This document shows, one piece after another, positions 8,948 through 17,446 of a stretch of 64,000 bases of DNA (its first letter is position 1; the number at the start of each line of letters is the position of its first letter). The notes under the pieces are model-generated. The model saw nothing but the letters and a program-made list of their open reading frames with translations, was not told the DNA's origin and made no database searches. The translations under genes were made by a program, and so were the position numbers. The DNA is from Anaerolineae bacterium (lineage in GTDB: Bacteria; Chloroflexota; Anaerolineae; JAAEKA01), in contig JBAQWV010000154.1 in the NCBI GenBank assembly GCA_049299095.1, positions 1,655 through 65,654 of the forward strand, read 5' to 3'.

Positions 8948-9076
8948 GGTCTTTTGAACGAAGGAAGGAAAAGGAGAAGCTATTGCTACGTACTGCGTAA
9001 CAGGTTTTTGCAGAGGCTGGAAAGTAAGCAGCTCCGGCAGTAAACGAGTGTACGCAGTACGCAGCACGTAGTACGA

Positions 9077-11941
9077 TCAATACGGCCCGCTGCGGCCACC
9101 CTGCCGAGCGCGGATTTGCGCTTCCAGATCGGCCAGCGAAGGCATCGGCCCGAAGATTTCATCGGGGAAGCGTCCACCACCCGACCAGAAAAGCCAGCCG
9201 TCGGAGTTGGCATCATCAGCCGCTTGCCGCTGGATCATCATCTCCGGCACGGCGTAGTCATAGCCCGCGGCCGGGCCACTGGTGCGGTAATTCTTGGGAT
9301 AGCCTTGCAGCCACGGGCGGATGCGTGTCGGCAACGGCACAATGTCACGCACCGTCACCTGGCTGTCGTAGATCACCTTGTACGGGCACTGTACCGGTTC
9401 ATCGCAACCGGGGAAAGTGCCGGGCCACCATACCTGCGGATAGATCATCGGGCTGAGGTAGTCCAACCCCACTGCCATATCCGCCAGATTTTGACCGATA
9501 AATGGCTCATTGCCGTTCAGGATGATGCTGCCGAACACGTCAATCGAGGTAAACACGCCGTAAGGCTTCAGCGCGGTCATCAGGTCGCGCGAGAAGTTGG
9601 TGATCGTCTCGCGGCGATTTTCAGCAGTACTTTCCACTGAATAGGTCATGATATTGTGGTCGCGTAGGCCAGAGAAGCGGAAATAGTCGAATTGGATTTC
9701 GTCGAAGCCCAGCGCGGCCAGCTCTTTAGCCAGATCAATTTCGTACTGGCGCACCTGCGGCAGGTAGGGATCGGCCCAGGCGAGGTTTTCGCCATCGCGC
9801 CATAACGTCGTTGGTTCCGACCGCAGACGCAGCGCCCAGTCCGGCTTGCCTTCTGCCAGCGCGTTATCTTTGAAAGTCACAAAGCGGGCGATCGTGTAGA
9901 TGCCGCGTTTTTTGGCCTCGGCCAGGAATTCCTGCGCGGTCATAATGTCTTTGACATAAATGTCGATTTCGCGCGCCACAGCATTTTGTGGTTCCCAGGC
10001 GATTTCACCGTAGTCGCTCTTCATATCCACGACAATGGCGTTCAGAGATTCAGACTGGTCCACAACATCCAACCGGCTATTCATTAACGCCCGGTCATAG
10101 AGGAAATGGAAGGGTACGTAGAAACCGCGTGCTTCAAACGGCTCCATCTGCGCGTCGAGACAGTAGGGCGCGCCACAGTCGCCGCTGGCCAACGTTTCTG
10201 GGAAATACAAACTATAGCCCGGCGCTTTCAGCATGATCTGCGGATCAGCGGGCAGGCCAGTCACTTTGAACGTGCCATCGGCGGCGGCGTCCATGATCAG
10301 GGTCGGTTCTGTGCCGCGGCAGTCAATGCCTGTGCATTGCGTGCGATCATAGACGTAAACCAGCGCGCCCAGCACTGGCTCGCCGGTCGCCTTGTCCATC
10401 GCCTTGCCCGCCACGGTGTCTGGGGCCAGCGCCCAATCCACCTGTGCCGCGCCGTCGTACACCTGGCTGATCACTGCGAAGTTCGGCGCGGTAATGGTAT
10501 AAACATCGCCTGCTTCCAGCAGCGGCAGCAGCGCCACACCCTGGGCGTCGGTGCTGGCTTCACTGCGCAGGCTGAACACGCGCGCGCCGCTGACTGGCTG
10601 GCCTGCGGTGTCTTTCACCTGCACCACGATCCCCTTCGGTTCCAGTGCCACCGACAGGTCTGTATCGGCGGTGAATTCCGCCTGCATTGCCTCGTACCCG
10701 GGCGCACTCATATCCACCTTCAGCGGCAGATCGGTGGTCCACAGCACGAAGCGGCCGGCTTCGTCGGTTGTCGCCGACAAGCTGCCAGCCTTGACAGTCG
10801 CGCCGGCAATCGGGTTGTTGGTGACTTTGTTCAGCAGTTGACCGGCCAGATGTGGCGGCAGCAGCGCCAAATCGAGCGCCTGACCCTCCAGCAAGTTAAT
10901 CGCCTCGTCAATCGCCAGCTCACTCGCTTCATAGCCATCCAGCGTACCCGCCAGTTTTAGATCTGCGCCATGCAGGTGGGTGAAGCGGTACACACCTTGG
11001 GCATCGCTGGTCGCGGTTTGATCGCCTGCGGTCAGGGCAACGTTTGCCAGCGGCGCGCCCGTCTTGCCGTCGGTGATAACCCCTGTCAACACAGTCGGCG
11101 TTAACTGCACGTCTACAGCCTGCTGCCCGCCTAGCGCAGCCGCGTCATCCACTTTGATGGTCGCGGGTAGGTAGCCGGGCAATGTCACCGAAATCGTACT
11201 GGCGCTGGCCGGGGTGGGAAAATAATAAAAGCCGTTGGCAAGACTGGTGCTGGTTTGTTCCGTGAGAGTAGCCAGCGCGCCGGCCAGTGGCTCGTCGGTT
11301 TGCGCGTCGGTGATGCTGCCATGCACGCCGTTAGGGTACAGCTCAAGCTGCGGCGGCTGTGCACCGGCCGCGCTCCAGTCGTCGGCCAAGGGCAACGTAT
11401 AGGAAATGAAGTTGTTTGCAGCCAACGTGACCATCGCGCCGGTACGCGGCAACCGCTCCAGCGTAAAGCGTCCATCCTCGCCGGTGGTCGTGCTTTGCCC
11501 ATTGGCAGAAACGGTCACGCCCGCCACGGGTTGCTTGTCCAGTGCGTTCAGCACCGCGCCTTGCAGCACCGTAGGCTGCAAGCTGGCCGTCAGTGTGCCC
11601 GCCGTCAGGGGCAATACATTGAAACGGGCTGGCCCTTGCCAGGGCTGATAAGCAGCCTGATCAATGCTGGCGGTGAATGTGCCGAAGCGGGAGGCGCGCG
11701 CAGAGAAAACGCCGTTGGCGTTGCTGGTAGCCGTTTGGCCGTTGCTGAGGGTCACGGCTATATCGGACAGTGGTTGCCCATTGGTTGCGTCAGTGATTTG
11801 ACCATTGATCGGAACTGGCAGCAGATACAGCAGCATCAGCACAGCCAGCAGTCCTGCTATGATTGCGAGAAGCAGGTTGCGTCTGCGTCGCCCCGGACTG
11901 GAAAAGGGTGTTGAAGTTGTGTTATAAAAAGACACAGTCAT
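9077..11941 (-). CDS. membrane-anchored surface protein: N-terminal TM, about 6 carboxypeptidase-regulatory-like/Ig-like repeats, C-terminal putative glycoside-hydrolase-like TIM-barrel (DUF4015/GHL-like) domain
   Basis: 954 aa. Repeated G(Q/E)(V/I)TDAxTGxPLAGA(T/L)V...(D/A)GxFxF modules are followed by the C-terminal block ESLNAIVVDMKSDYGEIAW...RFVTFKD...DEIQFDYFRF. Confidence 0.5.
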   Translation of the reverse strand: MTVSFYNTTSTPFSSPGRRRRNLLLAIIAGLLAVLMLLYLLPVPINGQITDATNGQPLSDIAVTLSNGQTATSNANGVFSARASRFGTFTASIDQAAYQPWQGPARFNVLPLTAGTLTASLQPTVLQGAVLNALDKQPVAGVTVSANGQSTTTGEDGRFTLERLPRTGAMVTLAANNFISYTLPLADDWSAAGAQPPQLELYPNGVHGSITDAQTDEPLAGALATLTEQTSTSLANGFYYFPTPASASTISVTLPGYLPATIKVDDAAALGGQQAVDVQLTPTVLTGVITDGKTGAPLANVALTAGDQTATSDAQGVYRFTHLHGADLKLAGTLDGYEASELAIDEAINLLEGQALDLALLPPHLAGQLLNKVTNNPIAGATVKAGSLSATTDEAGRFVLWTTDLPLKVDMSAPGYEAMQAEFTADTDLSVALEPKGIVVQVKDTAGQPVSGARVFSLRSEASTDAQGVALLPLLEAGDVYTITAPNFAVISQVYDGAAQVDWALAPDTVAGKAMDKATGEPVLGALVYVYDRTQCTGIDCRGTEPTLIMDAAADGTFKVTGLPADPQIMLKAPGYSLYFPETLASGDCGAPYCLDAQMEPFEARGFYVPFHFLYDRALMNSRLDVVDQSESLNAIVVDMKSDYGEIAWEPQNAVAREIDIYVKDIMTAQEFLAEAKKRGIYTIARFVTFKDNALAEGKPDWALRLRSEPTTLWRDGENLAWADPYLPQVRQYEIDLAKELAALGFDEIQFDYFRFSGLRDHNIMTYSVESTAENRRETITNFSRDLMTALKPYGVFTSIDVFGSIILNGNEPFIGQNLADMAVGLDYLSPMIYPQVWWPGTFPGCDEPVQCPYKVIYDSQVTVRDIVPLPTRIRPWLQGYPKNYRTSGPAAGYDYAVPEMMIQRQAADDANSDGWLFWSGGGRFPDEIFGPMPSLADLEAQIRARQGGRSGPY

Positions 11942-12005
11942 TCCTCGTTAGCAAGTGCTTGTAATTGACATGATGAACGGTCCCGTGGTCAGGACCGCCG
12001 GCCTG

Positions 12006-12033
12006 ATTATAGCACATGGGAGGGGGCTGGCAA
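12006..12033 (-). promoter_or_regulatory. candidate sigma70 promoter for the 954-aa surface protein gene
   Basis: Minus strand reads TTGCCA-16nt-TGcTATAAT (extended -10), about 55 nt upstream of the ATG at 11941. Confidence 0.45.
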
Positions 12034-12140
12034 AGCCCTGTAAGGCGATACGAAGCTGGGGTAACGGTGAGTTTCTCTACCCACTGTCACGCTTGCGACG
12101 AAAAATCTGATCTTTGAAGGGCTTTCATCCGGTGAGGTGT

Positions 12141-12177
12141 ATAAAAAATCCCCCGCTGAACAGGCAGCGAGGGATCA
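12141..12177 (-). terminator. intrinsic terminator after the F420-reductase-like gene
   Basis: Minus strand: ATCCCTCGCTG-cctgtt-CAGCGGGGGAT followed by TTTTTTATACAC. Confidence 0.6.
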
Positions 12178-12201
12178 ACGACGTGTTGAATCGGTGAGTT
12201 T

Positions 12202-12843
12202 TTACGGTCGCAAGAGCTTGAAAGCGTGCATCCAGTCGTTTTGCGTAAAGCCGGGGATGCACCACAACATGCACAGTGGCTCGATGGCACGGGCTGCGAC
12301 AGCCGCGCCCATGTCCGCAGTTTCCCAGCCGAACTGGTCGAGTACTTGAACCACAGCCTGCTTGGCTGCTGCATCATCGCCGCAGATGAACATGGTAGGC
12401 TTGCCGTCCGGGAAGTGCGGGTTGACCATGACCGCGCTGCCGATAGAATTGAAAGCCTTGACGAAGTGTGCAGCGGGGAATTCCGCCTGCAAGCGTTCCA
12501 TCAGCGATTGATTGATGTCGGTGAAGAATTGCAGCACCCCATTGACCGGCGGCGCGTCGGCGATGGGGTTGGTGGCGTCAATTACCGGTTTGCCTGCGAG
12601 GTTGGCTGCACCGGCGGCCTGCAAAACCGTGCTGGCTGCGCTGCCCTTGACTGCCAACACGAGTAGATCACCGAATGCAGCGGCATCAGCAAAGCTGCCG
12701 ACCCGCGCCTGTGGATGCTGCGCGGCCCACGCGTCCAGCGATGCGGGAGTGCGCGTGCCAAGCAGCACCGCGTGACCGTGTTGCAAAAAGCCTGCGCCCA
12801 GCGTTTGGGCGACGCCACCCGAACCAAGAATGCCAATCTTCAT
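12202..12843 (-). CDS. NADP-dependent oxidoreductase (F420-dependent NADP reductase / ProC-like Rossmann family)
   Basis: 213 aa with N-terminal MKIGILGSGGVAQ Rossmann motif and the FNO/Npd family pattern. Confidence 0.65.
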   Translation of the reverse strand: MKIGILGSGGVAQTLGAGFLQHGHAVLLGTRTPASLDAWAAQHPQARVGSFADAAAFGDLLVLAVKGSAASTVLQAAGAANLAGKPVIDATNPIADAPPVNGVLQFFTDINQSLMERLQAEFPAAHFVKAFNSIGSAVMVNPHFPDGKPTMFICGDDAAAKQAVVQVLDQFGWETADMGAAVAARAIEPLCMLWCIPGFTQNDWMHAFKLLRP

Positions 12844-12993
12844 ACATTGCTCCTGAAATTAAATGAATGGGTGAAACACTTCCATTCTAACACAAGCGCG
12901 CTGTAAGGGGTCTCACTTTGCACGGAGGGTAGCACCTCAGGGGAGAGGAGAAAGAGGAGATAAGCAAACAAGTACACAAGTGGACAGAGAAAT

Positions 12994-13033
12994 GGGTAGA
13001 GTGGTAACTAATCTACTGATTGCCACTCTACCC
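12994..13033 (-). terminator. hairpin downstream of the ABC-2 permease gene (GGGTAGAGTGG-17nt-CCACTCTACCC)
   Basis: Perfect 11-bp stem, T-rich flanks on both strands. A member of the GGTAGA repeat family. Confidence 0.45.
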
Positions 13034-13075
13034 ATTTTCTGAGTATCTCTATTTGCCTGTTTTCTTGTGTACGGT

Positions 13076-14329
13076 TTATTTCCCCAACAGCACGCGATAA
13101 TACGATTTGACCGATAGCGGCTGGCCGGTCAGCAGGTGCTGTGCCTTGAACAGGCGCGCGGTTAAAAGGATCACACCATAGGCGGTGACGAACTGTAACA
13201 CCACCGCCAGCACAGCTTGCCAGAGCGGAGCCGCGCCTGCAGCCAGGCGGCCAATCATCACAATCGGCGAGGTGAGCGGGAAGAGACTGAGCGCCACCGC
13301 CACCGGACTGTTCGGGTCGCGGAACATGGAAATCATGAAGGTGTAGGCGATGATGATCGGCATCATTACGATCCAGGTGACACTCTTGGTCTGGTTTATG
13401 TCGGGAGCCAGTGCGCCAATGCCTGCGAACTGAGCGCCGTAGATGGCATAGCCGCCCAGAAAATAGATCAGCGCCCAGATGAGGAGGGAAATGGGCAATG
13501 CACTGCCGGGTGGAATGCTCAAAGCGTTGCCGCCGAAGCGGGATACTGCCCACAGGACAACCAACCACAAGAGGGTTTGCAGCAGTCCCAGCAGTCCCAA
13601 CGCAGCCATCTTGCCGATCACCATTTGCGTGGGGGTGACAGAGGTCATCAACACTTCCATGACCCGGTTCTTCTTTTCATCTATTAAGGCGTTGATCAGG
13701 ATGCTGCCGGGGATCATCAACGCCATGTACAGGATGATCGTGACAAACAGTGGCAATTGTTCGCTGATCCACGACTTTTCAACAGACGTTGTGGTTGGTT
13801 TATCGGGCGACGGCAGTGCGGTGACTTTGACATCGAGGGGCTGCTGCACGGCTGCGGCCAGTTGCGTGTCGCCGTTGAGCAGGTTGATGTTGAGTAACGC
13901 GGCCAAGGCGTCGGGATCTAAGTTACCTGAAAGCACGCTGAAATCCTGGGTGTAGTATTCGATGTCGCCTGTTTGCTGGTAATTCGCGTCAATAACGTAG
14001 TACCCGGCAATGCTATGCGCATCAAGTGCAGCCTGCGCGGCCGCGGCGCTGTCAAAACGCACCAATTTGTCGGAAGTCAGGTCTGCCGGCATGGTGCGGA
14101 TTAGGTTGGCTGCATCCACATAGCCCGTCTGTTCGGCGAGTGGCGCGGTTGGTGCGCCGCTGCCGGTCAGGCTGCCTAAACCTTTGGACAGCGAAGTGTC
14201 TTGCAGCAGGCCAAAAGCCAGCGCCACGATGCCCAAAATTATCGGGATGATGAATGCGACAATGACAAAGGATTTACGACGCAGGGTGGTGCGTATCTCT
14301 GCGCGCATGATGGAGAGAATTTTGCTCAT
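13076..14329 (-). CDS. ABC-2 family transporter permease (NatB-like)
   Basis: 417 aa. N-terminal TM, a large extracytoplasmic loop, then 5 C-terminal TM helices. Confidence 0.75.
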   Translation of the reverse strand: MSKILSIMRAEIRTTLRRKSFVIVAFIIPIILGIVALAFGLLQDTSLSKGLGSLTGSGAPTAPLAEQTGYVDAANLIRTMPADLTSDKLVRFDSAAAAQAALDAHSIAGYYVIDANYQQTGDIEYYTQDFSVLSGNLDPDALAALLNINLLNGDTQLAAAVQQPLDVKVTALPSPDKPTTTSVEKSWISEQLPLFVTIILYMALMIPGSILINALIDEKKNRVMEVLMTSVTPTQMVIGKMAALGLLGLLQTLLWLVVLWAVSRFGGNALSIPPGSALPISLLIWALIYFLGGYAIYGAQFAGIGALAPDINQTKSVTWIVMMPIIIAYTFMISMFRDPNSPVAVALSLFPLTSPIVMIGRLAAGAAPLWQAVLAVVLQFVTAYGVILLTARLFKAQHLLTGQPLSVKSYYRVLLGK

Positions 14330-14338
14330 ATCGTCACC

Positions 14339-15535
14339 TTAAGCCCCGGCCCCGGCGCGGTTGCGGCCCCGCCGACGCAGGCCCTGACCGTAGCGCAGCA
14401 TGTTGGCACGGAAGACCCGGCCAGCCAGCCACATCAGGATGATTCCCAGCACCAAACCGATGCCGGTCGCAGCCAGAAATTGCCATGTGGGTACACTCAT
14501 AAAGATGCTGCGAATGGCGAAGGTCATCACCGCAGTGGGTGGGAAGAAGCTCAGCGCTAAAGCTAGCGGGCTGCTGGGCGCGTTGGCGAATAACGCCAGT
14601 AGGTAGATCGGCGCAAATAGGAAGATGAAGCTGAAGCCGCTGATCTGTTGCGCTTCTTGCGTGTCTACCATCGTGCCACCCAGCATTACCATCACGGCGG
14701 CGATGCACAGGAACGCGGGCAGTGATACCAGCGCCAGCAGGCCTAGATCACGCCAATTGACAACCAGCGTGCGCAGCCAATCCCAATGCAAGACCGTTGC
14801 ACCGAACCAGGCAAAGAGTGCCAGCATGACAAGCCAACTGAGCAGCAGCAAGAAGGACATGCCGACCACACCGATGATTTTGCCGGCCATCATTTGGCCG
14901 GGCGATAGCGAGGAAATGACCACCTCGATGGTGCGGTTTTGCTTTTCGGAGACTAGCGCCTCCATCAACGTGACGGTGATGGTCATCACCAGAAAGGCAA
15001 AGAGCATGGCCGCGAGCATGGGCAAGAAGATACCCACGCCGGGGAAGTCCAGCGGCAGCGAACGGTTGCGCGCCAACGCATGAACGGTGATGCTCGGCCC
15101 GTCCAGGATGAGCGCCCTGACGTTGTCTGGTTGCCCGGCCAGCAGATTGCTGCGTACCATTTCGGTAAAGGTGCGCGCTGCGTCTGAACTGGGTTGGCCC
15201 GCAAAGACCAGCTCTACCTGCCGGTTCTGCGGATAGTCGGCGGGCAAGGCGTAGTAAAGATGGATGGTTTCCGCATCGAGCGCGACGCGCGCGGCCGCAG
15301 CATCCGCGAAGCGTTGCAGATGTACCGTGTCGGTGTCGGGCGGTACGATTTGCAGGAAGTTACCGGGGTCTACATAGCCCAGCGTGGTGGTTTTTTGCTG
15401 GGCGCGTCCGGCCATCACGCCGATGCCGATGGTAAACAGCAGAAAGAAGGGCAGCGCCAGAATCGCCAACACAAAACTGCGTTTGAAGACGGTGTTTCTA
15501 AATTGTTGTTGTGCAACGAGCCATATTTTGGACAT
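14339..15535 (-). CDS. ABC-2 family transporter permease (NatB-like), paralogue of the preceding gene
   Basis: 398 aa with the same architecture; 9-nt gap to the neighbouring gene. Confidence 0.75.
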   Translation of the reverse strand: MSKIWLVAQQQFRNTVFKRSFVLAILALPFFLLFTIGIGVMAGRAQQKTTTLGYVDPGNFLQIVPPDTDTVHLQRFADAAAARVALDAETIHLYYALPADYPQNRQVELVFAGQPSSDAARTFTEMVRSNLLAGQPDNVRALILDGPSITVHALARNRSLPLDFPGVGIFLPMLAAMLFAFLVMTITVTLMEALVSEKQNRTIEVVISSLSPGQMMAGKIIGVVGMSFLLLLSWLVMLALFAWFGATVLHWDWLRTLVVNWRDLGLLALVSLPAFLCIAAVMVMLGGTMVDTQEAQQISGFSFIFLFAPIYLLALFANAPSSPLALALSFFPPTAVMTFAIRSIFMSVPTWQFLAATGIGLVLGIILMWLAGRVFRANMLRYGQGLRRRGRNRAGAGA

Positions 15536-15546
15536 GACTGGCTCCT

Positions 15547-16443
15547 TTACTCCTTGCCGACCACCCGAATGAAGATTTCATCCAGGCTGGGCAGGGCGAT
15601 TTCGAACTGCTCCACCGCCGCGCCGCGGGCGACAAGTTGTTGCAAGATATCCTGCGGGCTAGTTTGTTGATCGAGCAGCAAGTGCGTGCTGTCATTTTCC
15701 TGGGTGGTGTTGATCACGCCAGTTAGCTGCGGCAGCTCACCCGCGACGCGCACGCGCACCGCATGGCCGGAATGCTCGCGGCGAATCTCGGCCAGGTTGC
15801 CATACAACACGTTGCGCCCTCGGTTGATTAGCACGATACGATGGCACATCTCTTCAACCTGGTGCATCTGGTGTGTGGACATGAGGATCGTCACGCCCTG
15901 CTTTTGCAAATCAAGGAAAAGCTGCTTGGCAAGTTGTGAGTTGACGGGGTCCAGCCCGCTGAAGGGTTCGTCCACGATTAACAGCTCCGGCTGGTGCAGA
16001 ATGGTGCTGATAATCTGCGACTTTTGTTGCATGCCCTTGCTTAGCTCTTTGATTTTTTTGGCTTTATGCTCGGTCAGATCAAAACGTTCCAGATAAGGCT
16101 GCAAACGCTGGCGCGCGTCGGCTTTGCTGAGGCCCTTGAGCGTCGCCAGGTAGATCAGGCACTCTTCCAACTGCATATCCTGGTACAAACCACGTTCTTC
16201 GGGCATGTAGCCGATGCGGTTTTTCTTGGTTTCGGTCATTGGGCCGCCGAGAACGGAGGCTGTGCCCGCGTCGCCCTTGAAAATATCGAGCATGACGCGG
16301 ATGCTGGTGGTCTTGCCAGAGCCGTTGGGGCCAAGCAAGCCGAAGATTTCGCCCTGGTTCACTGCAAACGACACGTCAGAAACGGCCTGGGCCGTGCCGA
16401 ACGCTTTGGCGAGATGGGAAACTTCAACAGTAGGCATTGTCAA
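15547..16443 (-). CDS. ABC transporter ATP-binding protein (NatA/DrrA-like)
   Basis: Walker A GPNGSGKTT, signature LSKGMQQK, Walker B LLIVDEP. Confidence 0.9.
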   Translation of the reverse strand: MTMPTVEVSHLAKAFGTAQAVSDVSFAVNQGEIFGLLGPNGSGKTTSIRVMLDIFKGDAGTASVLGGPMTETKKNRIGYMPEERGLYQDMQLEECLIYLATLKGLSKADARQRLQPYLERFDLTEHKAKKIKELSKGMQQKSQIISTILHQPELLIVDEPFSGLDPVNSQLAKQLFLDLQKQGVTILMSTHQMHQVEEMCHRIVLINRGRNVLYGNLAEIRREHSGHAVRVRVAGELPQLTGVINTTQENDSTHLLLDQQTSPQDILQQLVARGAAVEQFEIALPSLDEIFIRVVGKE

Positions 16444-16658
16444 TCCTTTCCTTTGAGCAAGTCAGCAGGCATCGGCGTAAAGATTTGCTCGATGGGCTGA
16501 TTAAAAAGCTGGGCAATTTTGAAGGCTAGCGACAGGCTGGGGTCATATTTGCCCGTTTCAATGGCGTTGATCGTCTGACGTGATACATCAAGCCGCTCGG
16601 CCAAGTCCGACTGCGACCAACGATGCTCAGCCCGCAGCACGCGCAAGGTGTTCTTCAC
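16440..16658 (-). CDS. XRE-family (Cro/C1-type) helix-turn-helix transcriptional regulator, 72 aa
   Basis: Sequence KNTLRVLRAEHRWSQSDLAERLDVSRQTINAIETGKYDPSLSLAFKIAQLF. The GTG start is preceded by GGAGGT and overlaps the upstream stop as GTGA. The ORF-track start at 16718 was rejected. The 3-prime end overlaps the ATPase start by 4 nt. Confidence 0.8.
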   Translation of the reverse strand: MKNTLRVLRAEHRWSQSDLAERLDVSRQTINAIETGKYDPSLSLAFKIAQLFNQPIEQIFTPMPADLLKGKD

Positions 16659-17032
16659 CGATACCTCCGACTGAATACGACCGTACCCAGCAGCCAAAGC
16701 GTGCCCATGATCGGCCATACGACGAAGGCACTGACCCGCGGGAAGCCCACTCCTTCCAGAAAGCCGTAGCCGAAGGTAATGATCGCTGTGCCGGCAAAGG
16801 CAAAGCCGAGCGCCTCAAGCTGGATTTGGCGTTGCAACTCGTCCACACGGCGCAGGTAGCGTACCACTGCCACCACAATCAGCAGCGAGGGCAGCATGGG
16901 GATCAGCGCCACAGGAATGCGCCAGGGGTTGATCGGGTGCGCACTCAACCAACCGAGCGAAAGTAGTAGCAACACACTGTACAACACAAAGGCGGCGATC
17001 ATTTCTATCAGGTAGCGGATGTGTTTGTTCAT
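16655..17032 (-). CDS. small 4-TM membrane protein (partner of the XRE regulator)
   Basis: 125 aa with four hydrophobic helices. Translationally coupled to the HTH gene. Confidence 0.6.
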   Translation of the reverse strand: MNKHIRYLIEMIAAFVLYSVLLLLSLGWLSAHPINPWRIPVALIPMLPSLLIVVAVVRYLRRVDELQRQIQLEALGFAFAGTAIITFGYGFLEGVGFPRVSAFVVWPIMGTLWLLGTVVFSRRYR

Positions 17033-17090
17033 GGTGGTGCCTTCAGGGCTTTGTCTGCCGAGCCGGTGAATCTATCTTGTCGGTTTATGA

Positions 17091-17121
17091 ATTGTAAAGA
17101 AAACTTGATATTTTGTCAAGA
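17091..17121 (-). promoter_or_regulatory. sigma70 promoter TTGACA-17-TACAAT for the membrane/XRE/ABC operon, with an overlapping palindromic operator CTTGATATTTTGTCAAG
   Basis: Minus-strand -35 TTGACA (reverse complement of 17114-17119), a 17-nt spacer, and -10 TACAAT (reverse complement of 17091-17096). The inverted repeat 17104-17120 spans the -35 box. Confidence 0.6.
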
Positions 17122-17380
17122 TGTAGCGACAAATGAATTAAATATTTTATAAATCAAGTTTTTGCTGGTGGTAGATGTTGGAATGGTTGTTATTCCGAGA
17201 CGCGTCAGGGCCACGGAATCTCCGGGTGAAGGCACAAAAACAGGGATTTCTCGTCCTTTACCCCTTGAAATGGCACTAACTGTACAAGTCGTATGAGACT
17301 GAACAGCGAGATTGGTCAACGTCGCTTGCCGCAGCTGTCTGATGTTTTGAAACAAACTCCGTAACACCAGTTAACTGAAA

Positions 17381-17411
17381 AGAAAGGCCCCTGGAACTTC
17401 CAGGGGCCTTT
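17381..17411. terminator. strong bidirectional intrinsic terminator AAAGGCCCCTGGAA-ctt-CCAGGGGCCTTTTT
   Basis: Perfect 11-bp GC-rich stem with a T-run on the plus strand and an A-run (U-run on the minus strand) on the other side. Confidence 0.75.
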
Positions 17412-17419
17412 TTAGCAGC

Positions 17420-17446
17420 AGCAAACGATGGTACAATCACCGCATG
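17420..17446 (+). promoter_or_regulatory. extended -10 (TGgTACAAT) placed 6 nt before the ATG: a probable leaderless mRNA start
   Basis: The sequence gaTGgTACAATcaccgcATG has no Shine-Dalgarno, so the predicted transcription start coincides with the start codon. Confidence 0.4.

Noticed and set aside
7919-9067. Long form of the ThiF ORF starting at GTG 9067
   Set aside because: The canonical ThiF/MoeB N-terminus MSSFARYTRQ begins at the ATG at 8947. The upstream 40 codons overlap a long inverted repeat and have no homology.
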